From an uncultured virus (IMG/VR IMGVR_UViG_3300033075_001165) (taxonomy: Duplodnaviria; Heunggongvirae; Uroviricota; Caudoviricetes): a stretch of DNA of 64,000 nt. The position numbers and the translations under genes are program-made. Under the pieces are notes generated by a model. That model was not told the DNA's origin and searched no databases. It saw only the letters and a program-made list of their open reading frames with translations. Of the stretch, positions 30,488 through 41,400 are shown piece after piece. Each line of letters starts with the position of its first letter. The stretch's first letter is position 1. Location: IMG/VR virus record IMGVR_UViG_3300033075_001165, one strand, 5' to 3'.

Positions 30488-30509
30488 TTGTACGTACAAT
30501 GTACGTACA
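30488..30509. promoter_or_regulatory. tandem palindromic operator candidate (TGTACGTACA x2)
   Basis: TTGTACGTACAA at 30488-30499 and TGTACGTACA at 30500-30509, ~30 nt upstream of the RHH gene. Confidence 0.55.
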
Positions 30510-30541
30510 AAGTTATAAACAAATGCTATATTTATAGTGTT

Positions 30542-30688
30542 ATGGCAAAGAAAGAGCGTTTGGAAATCCGAATGGATAAAGAAACCAAGGAACTGCTTGA
30601 TAAATTAGCAAAAAACAACAAGAGGAAAATGGCTGACTATCTACGATTACTTATTGAGTATGCAAGTAATAATGAAATCCAGTTTTAA
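30542..30688 (+). CDS. ribbon-helix-helix (CopG/Arc-like) DNA-binding protein
   Basis: MAKKERLEIRMDKETKELLDKLAKNNKRKMADYLRLLIE: alternating beta strand plus two helices. Confidence 0.8.
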   Translation: MAKKERLEIRMDKETKELLDKLAKNNKRKMADYLRLLIEYASNNEIQF

Positions 30689-30816
30689 ATACAGAAGATT
30701 AGCTGAAATTTTGGGTGCGAGAGCCGTGCGATATGCCAAATGGCATTTACGACCGTTTTAGGGAGTTGCCATTGTGGGGCTATTTACCCGAAGGGCAAGG
30801 AACGCGAGTTTCGCAG

Positions 30817-30898
30817 ACATAACGATTAATTATAGCTCGATTCTCGAACTAACATATTTGACACCAGCAGGATGAATCGACTATAATTAACGTTATGT
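30817..30898. repeat. isolated attC-like hairpin
   Basis: ACATAAC-GATTAATTATAGCTCGATTC ... GAATCGACTATAATTAAC-GTTATGT: 25-bp stem with two single-base bulges. Confidence 0.65.
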
Positions 30899-31037
30899 AT
30901 CAATAGCAAAGATTGTGCGGTGGGGAGACTTTGTGCGTAAGCGGGAAGTTGAGGTTGTTAGACCGCCATAAAAGTTGAGGTTGAAAACTGTATATAATCG
31001 CTGAGGTTTGAAATAAAAAAATAGTTATATTTGGCTT

Positions 31038-31904
31038 ATGCCAATTAAAAAAAGTATTGTAGATAAAATACAGTTAATAGCACAACGTTTTGTGCAGAAG
31101 GATGACGACCCAACGCCTGACCGTTTAATCTCAAACATGATTGACGATGTAAGGGCACAATTAATAATTCGTAATTACAAGAACGAAGAAACTGTAGATT
31201 TTGCTTGGCTATCACAACCTTTTTATGTTGACTTTTACAAAATTACAGTGGGCGATGACCCTAATGATACTTTCTGTAATTGTAATATGATGAAAGCTGA
31301 AATACCCCCAGTTATATCTTTAACAAATCCTAATGCAAACAATCAGGATGTAGGTATATTTTCTTTGTTTTCAGCTTGTGGGAAATACGCTTATTACCCA
31401 CGTCCTTTACAGATGTTACAAAACATCCCTAAAGACCATACGTTTAGTAAATTCAAATATTACGCCAGATACAATACAGTTATTTATGCAACTGGAGAGG
31501 CTACAAAATTGAGATTGTCGCCGATATTATTATATCCTGAAGATGGTTTTGTTATTAATTCTGCGCCGATAACAAGTGGAAGTATTGTAAGTGGTACAGT
31601 TTATATAGTTAAGTTCGGAACTGTTGTTTATAATACAGTTACTTATTACGCTAATGATACATTTACAGGAGCTTCTGCTACTACATTTACAGGTACAGGA
31701 AAAGTTTATTTACAAAGTCAAGTAACGGCTTTTGAAGAAACTACTGATTATCCTGTTGGTGGAGAAATGGAAAGGGAGATTGTGCTTGAAATATTGACAA
31801 AAGAATTTGGTATTGAAGAAAGTATGATTAGTGAACTTAAAAACGATAATAGCGATGACCAAAAAACCCAAACGCAACCACTACAAAAACAAGGGAGTTT
31901 ATAA
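31038..31904 (+). CDS. putative tail ring / structural protein
   Basis: crAss-like synteny; 'DYPVGGEMEREIVLEIL' C-terminus; TATATTTG at 31026-31033. Confidence 0.6.
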   Translation: MPIKKSIVDKIQLIAQRFVQKDDDPTPDRLISNMIDDVRAQLIIRNYKNEETVDFAWLSQPFYVDFYKITVGDDPNDTFCNCNMMKAEIPPVISLTNPNANNQDVGIFSLFSACGKYAYYPRPLQMLQNIPKDHTFSKFKYYARYNTVIYATGEATKLRLSPILLYPEDGFVINSAPITSGSIVSGTVYIVKFGTVVYNTVTYYANDTFTGASATTFTGTGKVYLQSQVTAFEETTDYPVGGEMEREIVLEILTKEFGIEESMISELKNDNSDDQKTQTQPLQKQGSL

Positions 31905-32322
31905 TGAATCCCGCGTAATAAGTAGTTTGCAAAAACGAATTAAGAAAATGTTTGGTTTTACTCCTACAAGTTCTGAAATTCGTAAAGTTTGGAAAAATTA
32001 TTGCGGTATGATTGGAGAAGGATTAGCTAAAAATGAAGTAATAAAGTTGGATAAAAAGAATAAAGTGTTTGTTTTAGGTGAGAGATTAAAGGAGGGTACA
32101 ACGGCACATAGGTTAGCTAAAGAGGGTAAAACATTAAGTAGAGATAAAATAGTTAAAATAAAAAAAATAAACGCGAGACACTTGGGAATTAAATATAAGA
32201 TAGAATTTGAACATACAGGAGTTTTAAGGGATGATGTTTATTTCACCGCCCATAAAAACTTATCACATTCAGTTCATAACGCTTTAATTAATACACAAGT
32301 GAATTATAGTATAAAGCCATGA
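31855..32322 (+). CDS. basic IHF/HU-like protein
   Basis: very basic; 'IRKVWKNYCGMIGEGLAKNEVIKL'; position before the tail tubular gene as in crAss-like phages. Confidence 0.5.
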   Translation: MTKKPKRNHYKNKGVYNESRVISSLQKRIKKMFGFTPTSSEIRKVWKNYCGMIGEGLAKNEVIKLDKKNKVFVLGERLKEGTTAHRLAKEGKTLSRDKIVKIKKINARHLGIKYKIEFEHTGVLRDDVYFTAHKNLSHSVHNALINTQVNYSIKP

Positions 32323-33080
32323 GTATAAATAAAGCCATAAGTATTCAGAATCCAGTTATAGATGCTATAACATTACTTGGTTTAGACCATGATAAGGATA
32401 AGCCCGTGTTTACACGTTGGGCTGAGCTTGCTGAAAAAGAAATTGGAACTAAAGCGGCCTTAGAACGTAAACGAGTAGTGCTTACTATTGAAGGATGTGC
32501 GGCTTGTTTGCCAAATGATGCAGAAATATTAGAAGGGGCTATTTTAGGTGACCACGGTTGTGGATGTGGAGATTTATTTGATTCTACATTTTGCGGACAA
32601 GGTGGTGTTTTTTCTGTTAATAACTCAAGTGGAGATATGGGTAGTTTTTTGATTGTGGATGTTGTTAAAACAGGAGAACAGCCTTATGGATTTGTAAACT
32701 ACACAATACAAGATAATAAGTTAGTTTTTTCTGCCGATTATGACGGAAAAAAGGTAACAGTACAATATCAAGGATTAAAAACAGATTGTGATGGCTTTAT
32801 TGAAATAAGTCAAAATCATGTAGAGGCAATTACAGAATTTATAATGTGGAAACATTATGTAAGAAAGAAAAGAAAATCAAGTGCTGAGTTTCAACAAATG
32901 ATGTTACATCAAAAAGAATGGTTTAGGCTTTGTTCACACGCAAGAGCTGATGATAATCAATTAACACCTCCTGAAAGAGAACGTATTGCACAAATGATTA
33001 GCGACCCTTATGCGGGACGCGGACTTGCAATAGGCATGAGAACTACACTTGGATTTGGAACTAATATAATGGGCTTATAA
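32319..33080 (+). CDS. tail tubular protein (P22 gp4-like)
   Basis: 'NYTIQDNKLVFS..DGKKVTVQYQG...VEAITEFIMWK'; precedes the stabilization protein. Confidence 0.65.
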   Translation: MSINKAISIQNPVIDAITLLGLDHDKDKPVFTRWAELAEKEIGTKAALERKRVVLTIEGCAACLPNDAEILEGAILGDHGCGCGDLFDSTFCGQGGVFSVNNSSGDMGSFLIVDVVKTGEQPYGFVNYTIQDNKLVFSADYDGKKVTVQYQGLKTDCDGFIEISQNHVEAITEFIMWKHYVRKKRKSSAEFQQMMLHQKEWFRLCSHARADDNQLTPPERERIAQMISDPYAGRGLAIGMRTTLGFGTNIMGL

Positions 33081-36000
33081 TGCAAGTAGGACAAAATATA
33101 CTCGACCATACTAATACCTTTGAAGGGGGCATGAATAAGGATAGTAGTGTTCTTTTACAGCCCGATGGTACTTATAGAGATGCCAGAAATTTTCAAGTAA
33201 TAACACATGATGGTAATAATTATACCGTTGAAGATGTGTTAGGAAATAGACTTATTTTCACATTACCAATAGCCTATGATGCAGTGGTTGCGTCTTTTCA
33301 AGATGCGCCGATGCCAATAGGATTTATCTCATTCCCTGACAAGTTGATTGTTTTCCATACAAACAATGAATCGTCTAGTGGCGGTTATGGAGCAATAGGC
33401 GTATTATTTTTGACTAACATAGGTCAGAGTATCGCTTCCGACCCACAATCCATAACCGTTGGAGTTAATACATGGACATTTGATGGATATGTTCCGCTTT
33501 ATGTTCACGAACAATTGAAGTTTTCTAAAATGTATAAAATAGAAGGCTTTGCTTTTCCTGAGAATGACAATATAGGCAGGGTTTATTGGACAGATTATTT
33601 CAATGAACCAAGAGTGTTTGACACTTTAAATCCGATTTTTACTACTTATTTTGCAGACACTGAACTTGTAACTGGCACTCAGTATATGGTAATAAGTGGA
33701 GCTATTACGCATAACGGGAATAATTATGGAGTCGGATTAACTCCAACAACAACCGCATGGGGAAATATTTTTACAGCCGCTAATTCCAATTATACTGTAT
33801 TGGACGGTCAGGCACTAGTTATACAATATCTTCCTTATCAATTATTAAGTTGGACGCCTTCTCGTTCTTTAGGGGCGATGGTATTTAATTCTTATGGAAC
33901 TGGAACTAAACGATGTGGTTCGCACATGTATTTTTATCGTTTAGGTAAACGTAGTGAGAATTATGTTACTTCGTGGTCGTATGGAGCTTATCCAATTCAT
34001 GTGGGTGTAGAAAATGACGCTAATGTTTTGACAGGTAATCCGTTTCACGATTTTGTTGGTAATGGTTCTACAACCACGGTTGTAACAAGTGATAAATCTA
34101 TAAAGCTTGATGTAAGTAATATTGATACAAATTTTGATGTTATACAATTAGCTTGTGCTGAATATGTGCAATTGTATGATGTACCTTATGCTATTTCAAT
34201 AGTGGTAGAAGCTACTATTACAGGTAGTGATATGACGCTTGAAGATTTTGGAAATACTAATTTAGGAAATTTAACGACGGATGATATTACATTATTTCCA
34301 GCAAGTATTCTTAAATGTAAAACTATAACTACAAATAAGAACTATAATATTATTGCTAATATAACAGAGAGAAGTGAACTTACTTTTAGTAAAGACACGG
34401 TAAGTATTAGTTCGTTTGAATATCCTATGATTATTCATGGTGATGATGGTCATATTTCAACAAGTTGTGTTAACGGATTTGTTTATGCCAATGTAAGTCC
34501 AACAGCCGCTTTATCCACCAATCCTATTGCTGGTTCTATTATGCCATTTTCTTATTGGTTAGTGACATTTGGAAATTTTACTACAGATACCGTTTCTTAC
34601 AATGGTACTTTGTACGTGACAGGAGATGTTATAACAGGAGTTGCTTCGGCAGCTGGTATTAATGCTCAAAATACAATTACGTTTACTGGTACGGCTTCGG
34701 TTAGACCGTGTGCTAACTTAAATAAATACACAGCTTCAAACGGGGCGCTTGTTAGAAATGCTCATCAAATAAGAACTGGATTTTGGGATTATAAAGACCC
34801 CTTAGTTAGTTCAATGTTAAGAGGGTATTGGTCACATGAGAAATACAGATTTGGTGTTTTATTTTATGATAAGAAAGGAAATCCTTTTTATGTAAGGTGG
34901 TTAGGTGATTATCAAATGCCTTTAATTGCGGATAAGTTAGGGTTAATGCGTAGTGATAATTATTTAGGTTATGATAATTGGTCGCTTAATCCGAGTTTAA
35001 TTAATATTGATGGATTAGAATTAAGTCAAGATATAATTGACCAAATAGATGGATTTAGTATTGTAAGAGCGCCACGAGATGTAAGGATTGTAGCTCAAGG
35101 ACTAACATTACAGAATAATGTTATTGCTGGAGCTTCGACTATGTATCAACCAAGCGATTGTGTTTTAAATAATGTGGCTACTATTGCCGATAGAATTTAT
35201 ACATGGTTATCGCCCGATAATTTTTTACCTAATTTCCCAGAGAAACAGCCATTGGGTGTTGTTGGAGATTCTATGGAAGAGGCTTGTTGGGTAAGTGGTG
35301 TTACTTGGGGTAATGACCCAATTTTTGGTCAGCCGATGACTTATAGGAGTAATGGTGGCGGAGCAAGTAAAGATTATCATGTTTATGCTAAATTCTTTAA
35401 TCAAGACCAAGACCCATCTTCTGTTGGCATTTTAAGAACTGCTGAAATTGTAAGATACATTGATATTGGAGAAGATGAGAGTGTAGTTAATTTATTTGGT
35501 TTTAGTGGTATTGATTATGTAAATGGAAATATTCCTACGCTTGCAAATAACTTTACAAGTGATTTTTGCACAAGCGGTGGTATAGGCGTAACAATGAACG
35601 GTAGACATTTTACTGGTGGTAAGAAAACTATTATTTCAATGGGTAATATAGCTCATTATAATCAATATCCATCTGGTACTGTTTATACAGCTGGTTCTAC
35701 TATACAGCAAAAGATTATAATGAATTACGTTAAGGAATTACCTAATCCTTATGGTGGAACTGGGGATAGTGCCGTTGCTAATACTTTATATATTTCAACT
35801 GGTCACTATCAACAAATAGATTCGACTACATTAACCAATACTCAAGTTACTAAATTGGTTCTTACAAATGTTGTAGGTGTTTTTGGTGTAACTAATACTG
35901 TTACAGGAAGTATTTCTGGGGCTATTGGCACTGTTTCAAGTGTAATAGGAACAAATGTTTACATTACGCCTTTAGTTGGTACGTTTGCGGTTGGTGACGT

Positions 36001-37711
36001 TGTTACTGATGGAACTTCTGGCGCTACTGGAGATTTAACTTCATTGGCGGTTGTTTATTTATTTAATGGAATTCAAGTGGGTGGAGGAGATTGTTTTACA
36101 TCTCTTATTGACCACGGATACGGATTGCAAAATACTAATTATGCAGTTTGTTCTATTGGGTTATATTATCCTTGTGAATGTAATTCTAATTATGATTTAA
36201 GGCGCGGACGTAAAATTTCCAATCAGGGAATGGGTGGAGCTTCAGGCGGGGTGTCGTGGATACCTACCGCTTTAGAGGATTATTCTTATAACCCAGCTTA
36301 TTCAAGTGAGGGGGTTAATTTTGAATATCCAGCCCTACCTGTTAATTTTTTAAACTCTAATCGTTTTCCAACAAGAGCAAGGTTTGCTGGACAAAAAATT
36401 ATTGGAGAGCTTATAGATAGCTTTAGGGTGTTTTTAGCCAACGATTATAAAGATGTTGATGTTCAATTAGGGGAGATAAATAACGTTCGTGCTAAAGGCG
36501 ATTATGTGTATTATTGGCAAAATCATGCAGTAGGGTCTATGCCTATTTTAGAACGTCAAATGATTTCACAAACAGCGGGTTCTGCTACTTCGTTAGGAAC
36601 AGGTGGTGTTTTAACTCGTTTTGATACCATTAGTACTAAGTATGGTAATCAGCATCAGCATGGATTAACAGATACTGAATTTGGGTGGATATGGTTTGAT
36701 ATGCGCAATAAGGATGTTTGTGTAATGGGATTTGGCGGACAAACACAGGAGATAACTGTACCTACTGGAATGAAGTCTTATTTTAGTGAAATATTTTTAG
36801 AAAGGTTAACAGTTCTTTATAGTGATACTTATCTTAATTCGCAAACGTTTGATATTAGTTCTGACCGCCCTTTAATTGGTACAGGTATAGTGGGTGTTTA
36901 TGACCCTAAGAATAAGATGAGTTATCTCACTTTTAAATTCAGGTCATATAAAAAAGATATTGTTGACCCAGATACTTATGACCAATATCAGATTTTAAGT
37001 AAAGATTTTACTATTGGGTTTAGTCATGTGTTAAATAAGTTTATAGGGTTTTATGATAAAATGCCAGCTATTTGGCATAACCACAACCAAAGTGTTTTAT
37101 CTGCAAACAATCCTAAAAACATTGAACGTTATTACGCCCCAGATATGGTTGTTCCAACTCCTTTTGAGGATGGATTTATTATTAAAGACGGTGTTAAAGA
37201 ATACATTTGCAGATTACATCAGGATGTTGTTGTTTATGCAACGCCTCCAGACCCAGCTATGTTTGTTGAAATTAATACTACTAATGAAATTTATATTGAG
37301 AATGAAGAAATGACTCCTAGTACGGTTATATTAGGGTATGAGCGAAATAAATTTTATAATAGAATAGTTAACAATGAAATTCAATTTGTAGTTAATCCAA
37401 AAGTTCCACAAGCGTTTGCTATTGATAATCAGTTACAAGTTGGAAATACTACTAACTTTAATGAATTTTATTATGAAACCGAAACTAAATCAGCTTCGGA
37501 TGTTGGGGTTAAAAGCTGGAATAGAGATTATCAGTTAATAGATGAAGGATGGAATAATAATTTGCCGATAAGCTCAACTGGCAAGCTATCAGGGTTTTAC
37601 GTTATGGTTAAGTATGTTAAGATGAATTGGAATCCTACTAATATTTTATTGTTAGCTACTAATGTTAAGGTACTTCAAAGGGTAAGGTCATTCTTTAAAT
37701 TAAAGTACTAA
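33080..37711 (+). CDS. tail stabilization / muzzle protein (P22 gp10-like)
   Basis: 1543 aa; N-terminal NTFEGGMNKD...YRDARN, VYWTD..NEPR and YRFGVLFYD motifs of crAss-like proteins. Confidence 0.8.
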   Translation: MQVGQNILDHTNTFEGGMNKDSSVLLQPDGTYRDARNFQVITHDGNNYTVEDVLGNRLIFTLPIAYDAVVASFQDAPMPIGFISFPDKLIVFHTNNESSSGGYGAIGVLFLTNIGQSIASDPQSITVGVNTWTFDGYVPLYVHEQLKFSKMYKIEGFAFPENDNIGRVYWTDYFNEPRVFDTLNPIFTTYFADTELVTGTQYMVISGAITHNGNNYGVGLTPTTTAWGNIFTAANSNYTVLDGQALVIQYLPYQLLSWTPSRSLGAMVFNSYGTGTKRCGSHMYFYRLGKRSENYVTSWSYGAYPIHVGVENDANVLTGNPFHDFVGNGSTTTVVTSDKSIKLDVSNIDTNFDVIQLACAEYVQLYDVPYAISIVVEATITGSDMTLEDFGNTNLGNLTTDDITLFPASILKCKTITTNKNYNIIANITERSELTFSKDTVSISSFEYPMIIHGDDGHISTSCVNGFVYANVSPTAALSTNPIAGSIMPFSYWLVTFGNFTTDTVSYNGTLYVTGDVITGVASAAGINAQNTITFTGTASVRPCANLNKYTASNGALVRNAHQIRTGFWDYKDPLVSSMLRGYWSHEKYRFGVLFYDKKGNPFYVRWLGDYQMPLIADKLGLMRSDNYLGYDNWSLNPSLINIDGLELSQDIIDQIDGFSIVRAPRDVRIVAQGLTLQNNVIAGASTMYQPSDCVLNNVATIADRIYTWLSPDNFLPNFPEKQPLGVVGDSMEEACWVSGVTWGNDPIFGQPMTYRSNGGGASKDYHVYAKFFNQDQDPSSVGILRTAEIVRYIDIGEDESVVNLFGFSGIDYVNGNIPTLANNFTSDFCTSGGIGVTMNGRHFTGGKKTIISMGNIAHYNQYPSGTVYTAGSTIQQKIIMNYVKELPNPYGGTGDSAVANTLYISTGHYQQIDSTTLTNTQVTKLVLTNVVGVFGVTNTVTGSISGAIGTVSSVIGTNVYITPLVGTFAVGDVVTDGTSGATGDLTSLAVVYLFNGIQVGGGDCFTSLIDHGYGLQNTNYAVCSIGLYYPCECNSNYDLRRGRKISNQGMGGASGGVSWIPTALEDYSYNPAYSSEGVNFEYPALPVNFLNSNRFPTRARFAGQKIIGELIDSFRVFLANDYKDVDVQLGEINNVRAKGDYVYYWQNHAVGSMPILERQMISQTAGSATSLGTGGVLTRFDTISTKYGNQHQHGLTDTEFGWIWFDMRNKDVCVMGFGGQTQEITVPTGMKSYFSEIFLERLTVLYSDTYLNSQTFDISSDRPLIGTGIVGVYDPKNKMSYLTFKFRSYKKDIVDPDTYDQYQILSKDFTIGFSHVLNKFIGFYDKMPAIWHNHNQSVLSANNPKNIERYYAPDMVVPTPFEDGFIIKDGVKEYICRLHQDVVVYATPPDPAMFVEINTTNEIYIENEEMTPSTVILGYERNKFYNRIVNNEIQFVVNPKVPQAFAIDNQLQVGNTTNFNEFYYETETKSASDVGVKSWNRDYQLIDEGWNNNLPISSTGKLSGFYVMVKYVKMNWNPTNILLLATNVKVLQRVRSFFKLKY

Positions 37712-37769
37712 TTTTTTGTAACCTTTTAATAAAAGCGTGGTATAACTATATAATTCAAAACTTAATATT

Positions 37770-38384
37770 ATGTATTTAGACATTCCAAGAAATCCAAAAA
37801 GTAACGGATTAATATTCTTAATCTGTTTAGCAATTTTTATGCTGATGTGTGCTGTTGCTTGCGAGGGACAGGTTTACAAGGCAACCGACATTCCAATGAT
37901 AATGAATCGGACTGACTCTATATCGAGGCTTGAGTTATTAACAGCTAAGAAGTTTCATAAAAAACTTAATGAGTATCGAAAACAGAAAGGTGTTTGTGAG
38001 CTTAGATGGAGCGATACGCTTTATATATTAGCTATGAATCATAATGCTTGGATGAGTTATAATAAAACTCTTTTAAGCCATGAAGAATTTAATTTTAATA
38101 CTCAAAATTTTACTGGAGAAACAACAAGAGATAGATTGGATTATGTTTGTGAGACAAAAACAGTTGGAACTTATGAAAATTGTGCTTGGTTCGGAGCTTT
38201 TGATAAAACTATTGAGCAGATGTCTGAAGACGGGGCTTTAACAGCATTTAATATGCTGAAAGATGACAAGCCACATTGTGCGGTAATGATTAATCCTAAT
38301 AATAAAGTTCACGGTGCTCATTTTTCTTATAAAGGCAGATATTGTACAAGTGAATTTTACGGAATGAGGCTTGTTAAAAATTAG
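37770..38384 (+). CDS. secreted CAP/SCP-domain protein
   Basis: signal peptide; LNEYRKQKG..L.WSD.L...A.NH..WM, LSH, ENCA, PHCAVMINP. Confidence 0.75.
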   Translation: MYLDIPRNPKSNGLIFLICLAIFMLMCAVACEGQVYKATDIPMIMNRTDSISRLELLTAKKFHKKLNEYRKQKGVCELRWSDTLYILAMNHNAWMSYNKTLLSHEEFNFNTQNFTGETTRDRLDYVCETKTVGTYENCAWFGAFDKTIEQMSEDGALTAFNMLKDDKPHCAVMINPNNKVHGAHFSYKGRYCTSEFYGMRLVKN

Positions 38385-38434
38385 TATTTAATCTTATTAT
38401 ATTTATTGCTATATTTAAGCCAAAATCATAAGCA

Positions 38435-41400
38435 ATGAAAGCTCCTAAAATAGGTTATCAAGACGGCGGTAAAACTAAAAAACAATTAGATTATTCTAAA
38501 AGTAAAAAGGTTGAAAAAACACCTGAACAACTTATAAGTGAGGGGTATAAAGAAGAAAAAAAAGACGGCAAAACGTATTACGTAAAGCAAGGTCAATCTG
38601 ATACTCCAAAATCAGAAACTCCAAGAAGGGTTTATCCAGCTCCGCCCAAAAAATCATCTACGGTTGGAAGCGGAAAGCCCCAGTTGCCAAGAAGAACACC
38701 TCCAACAACATTGCCTCCAACAGAGAAAGATTTTCAAGATATAGTTTATATTGAAGATAAAGTGCCCCCATTAGTTGGTGTTAATACAGATATTGAAGCT
38801 AAAGGCGAAGAAAAAAGAACGGCTTTAGGAACAAATGCTTATATGATTTCATATCCTGATACAAAAGGTGGAGGGGGGATGTCTAAAGCTACTGAGGTTA
38901 TATTTAATAATGACCCGACTATTGGAAAAATTGGCGACCAAATCATATACGACCCAGTAACTGGTAAACCAACATTTACTGGTAAATCTCAAAAAGATTT
39001 TACTTCTCAAAATATGGGGTCAATTAGATTGATAAGTAACGATGTAAATAAAAATTCAGTAGATTATCAATTAAGTAATAGCAAAAATCCAGTGGCAAAT
39101 ATTGGAGATAAGATGCAAGAAACAACAGCACAAGGATTAAATGCACCAGTTATTGATAAAACAGAACAAGGAATTAATACAGGGTTATTAGATATTAATA
39201 CTTTGCCAACAACAGAACTTAAAAAAAGAAACGCGGAGATTCCCGTAACGTCTCCTAAATTTAAGTCAGGTGGCAAAATAATGAAGGCTCCTAAAGGAAT
39301 TAAAGTTAAAGGCTATTTACTTGGCGGAGAAGTTGAACAAGAGAGAGAAGAAGGTTATAGCAGGGCAAATCCTGAACAAGATAGAGCAACGGCTCAATTA
39401 GACGCAAATGGAAATCCTATTTTGTCAAACAATACATTACCACTAAGTACTGGTACAGAATTTAAAACACAAGGCGATGCTCCTTTATCAACAACGCCTA
39501 CAACAGCATTAGACGATAAAAGTCAGCCAAAACAAAAAACAGGTAGTGGATTTGGAAGTAAATTAGGTTCATCGTTAGGATGGATGCAATATGCTAATAT
39601 GGCTAAAGAAGGAGCTTTAGCAACAGTAAAAAAAGACACAATTACAGACCCTACAACTGGTAAAGACGCTACGGGATATAAAGATTTTAAAGGTCAAGCC
39701 ACACAAGTTTGGGCTACACCAACTCATGAAAAAATAATTGACGAAGCTAAGAAAGGTAATTACGGTAAGGCGCTTTTATCATCCGACCCTCTTTTAGGAA
39801 ATGCTTATGCTTATTCGCAATTAAGAAAGGGTAATGAAAAATATAATCAAGCTTTAGAAAACATTGAAACGCAAAAAAAGAATGAAGGCGCTCAAACGGC
39901 TTTAGGAAATGCTTTAGCAGCACGAGAAAACGGCGAAACTGGATATAGTGCCGTTAATCCATATAGACGTGATGCAAGTATTGATGAGAAGAAAGTTAAG
40001 ACAAAAGAAAATGCTTTAACTCGATTTGGTGACGCTTTAAATTTTGCCAAAGGCGGTAAAATTGTTGGCGCTGGCACTCCTAAATCTGATAGCATTAACG
40101 CTAAGATTGAAGACGGTAGTTTTGTTGTGCCAGCCGAAAATGCAAAAGAGGCTGAAATCATAAGGAAGGTAGTTCTTAAAAAAGCACCAAGTGTAAAAGC
40201 TAAATTAAATCAAAAAGGTGGTGAGAATGTAAAGCTTAGTAATGGTGAACATTTGTTTACACCTAATGAAGTTAGTAAAATTGAAGCTTCTGGAATAGAC
40301 TTAGATAGATTAGCGCCAGATGCAGATAACGGAAATAGTTTTGCTGGTGGTGGAAAAACTGGAAATGATAGTGATTATCCTAAAGAATTAGATAACAAGT
40401 TTGACTCTTTAAGACAAAAAACAGAAGAAGATTTACGCAAAGCTTTTCCTGATAAAGAAATTAAAGTTGTTTATAAAGGAAAAGAAAGAAGTTTAGCTGA
40501 CCAAAAGAAGCAATTTGATAAAGGCTCATCTACTACTAAATTTGGATTACATGGTATTGGAGCGGCGAGAGATTTTAATATTATAATTAATGGTAGAGTT
40601 TTGGGAAATAACAAAGAAGACCATAAAATATACCAAGATTACTTATGGAAAAATGCTGAAAAAAGCGGGTTATATCATTTGAAAAAGGATGAATTTGGAG
40701 GAACTGACCCTTATCATATTGGATTGGTGGAAGAAAAAGGTGACGGGACGGCTTTTAAAAAATTAGTAGAAATGTATCCTGAAATTACCAAAACAAAACA
40801 GTTTCAGAACTCGTTAAAAGAATTACGGGATATTAAGGCAAAAAATCCTAATGATACTACTTATGATTCTTTTTTAAATAGTGTAAAAGATGTTAAGCCA
40901 GAAGTTAAAAAAGAAGATTCTTATACAGATGATTTATCTACTATATTTAAAAACAATAAGCTAAATACAAAAACGGAAGATAAATTTAGTACAGACTCTG
41001 AAAAACAAAAAATAGAATCCGAAAAATTATCCAGAGAAAAAGCTATTTCAGAGAAAAAAGCATCTGATAAAAAACTACATGAAGCTGCTCAAAATGAATC
41101 TAATTGGAATCCAGACGGTACAGCTAAATTAAATTCAAATAAAGGTGATGTTATTAACGGAATTAATAATACAGCAGTAGCTTCTTTAAAAGCACCAAAA
41201 GGAATTAAAATAACAAATACGCCAACACCAGAAACACAGTCACAGACTGAAGCGACAGTGAAACAGGGAGAAAATACAACTAATGTAAATGACAATGAAT
41301 CTAATTATGTTAATACTTGGGATAGAGCCTTAATTAATAAGGCTAATGCACCAACAGCTACAACAGAAAAAGCACAAACTGTTAACGACCCTAACTTAGA

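Noticed and set aside
30690..31010. Retron msr/msd or CRISPR mini-array
   Set aside because: No reverse transcriptase or cas gene in the window and no repeat-spacer periodicity; only one 12-nt direct repeat.
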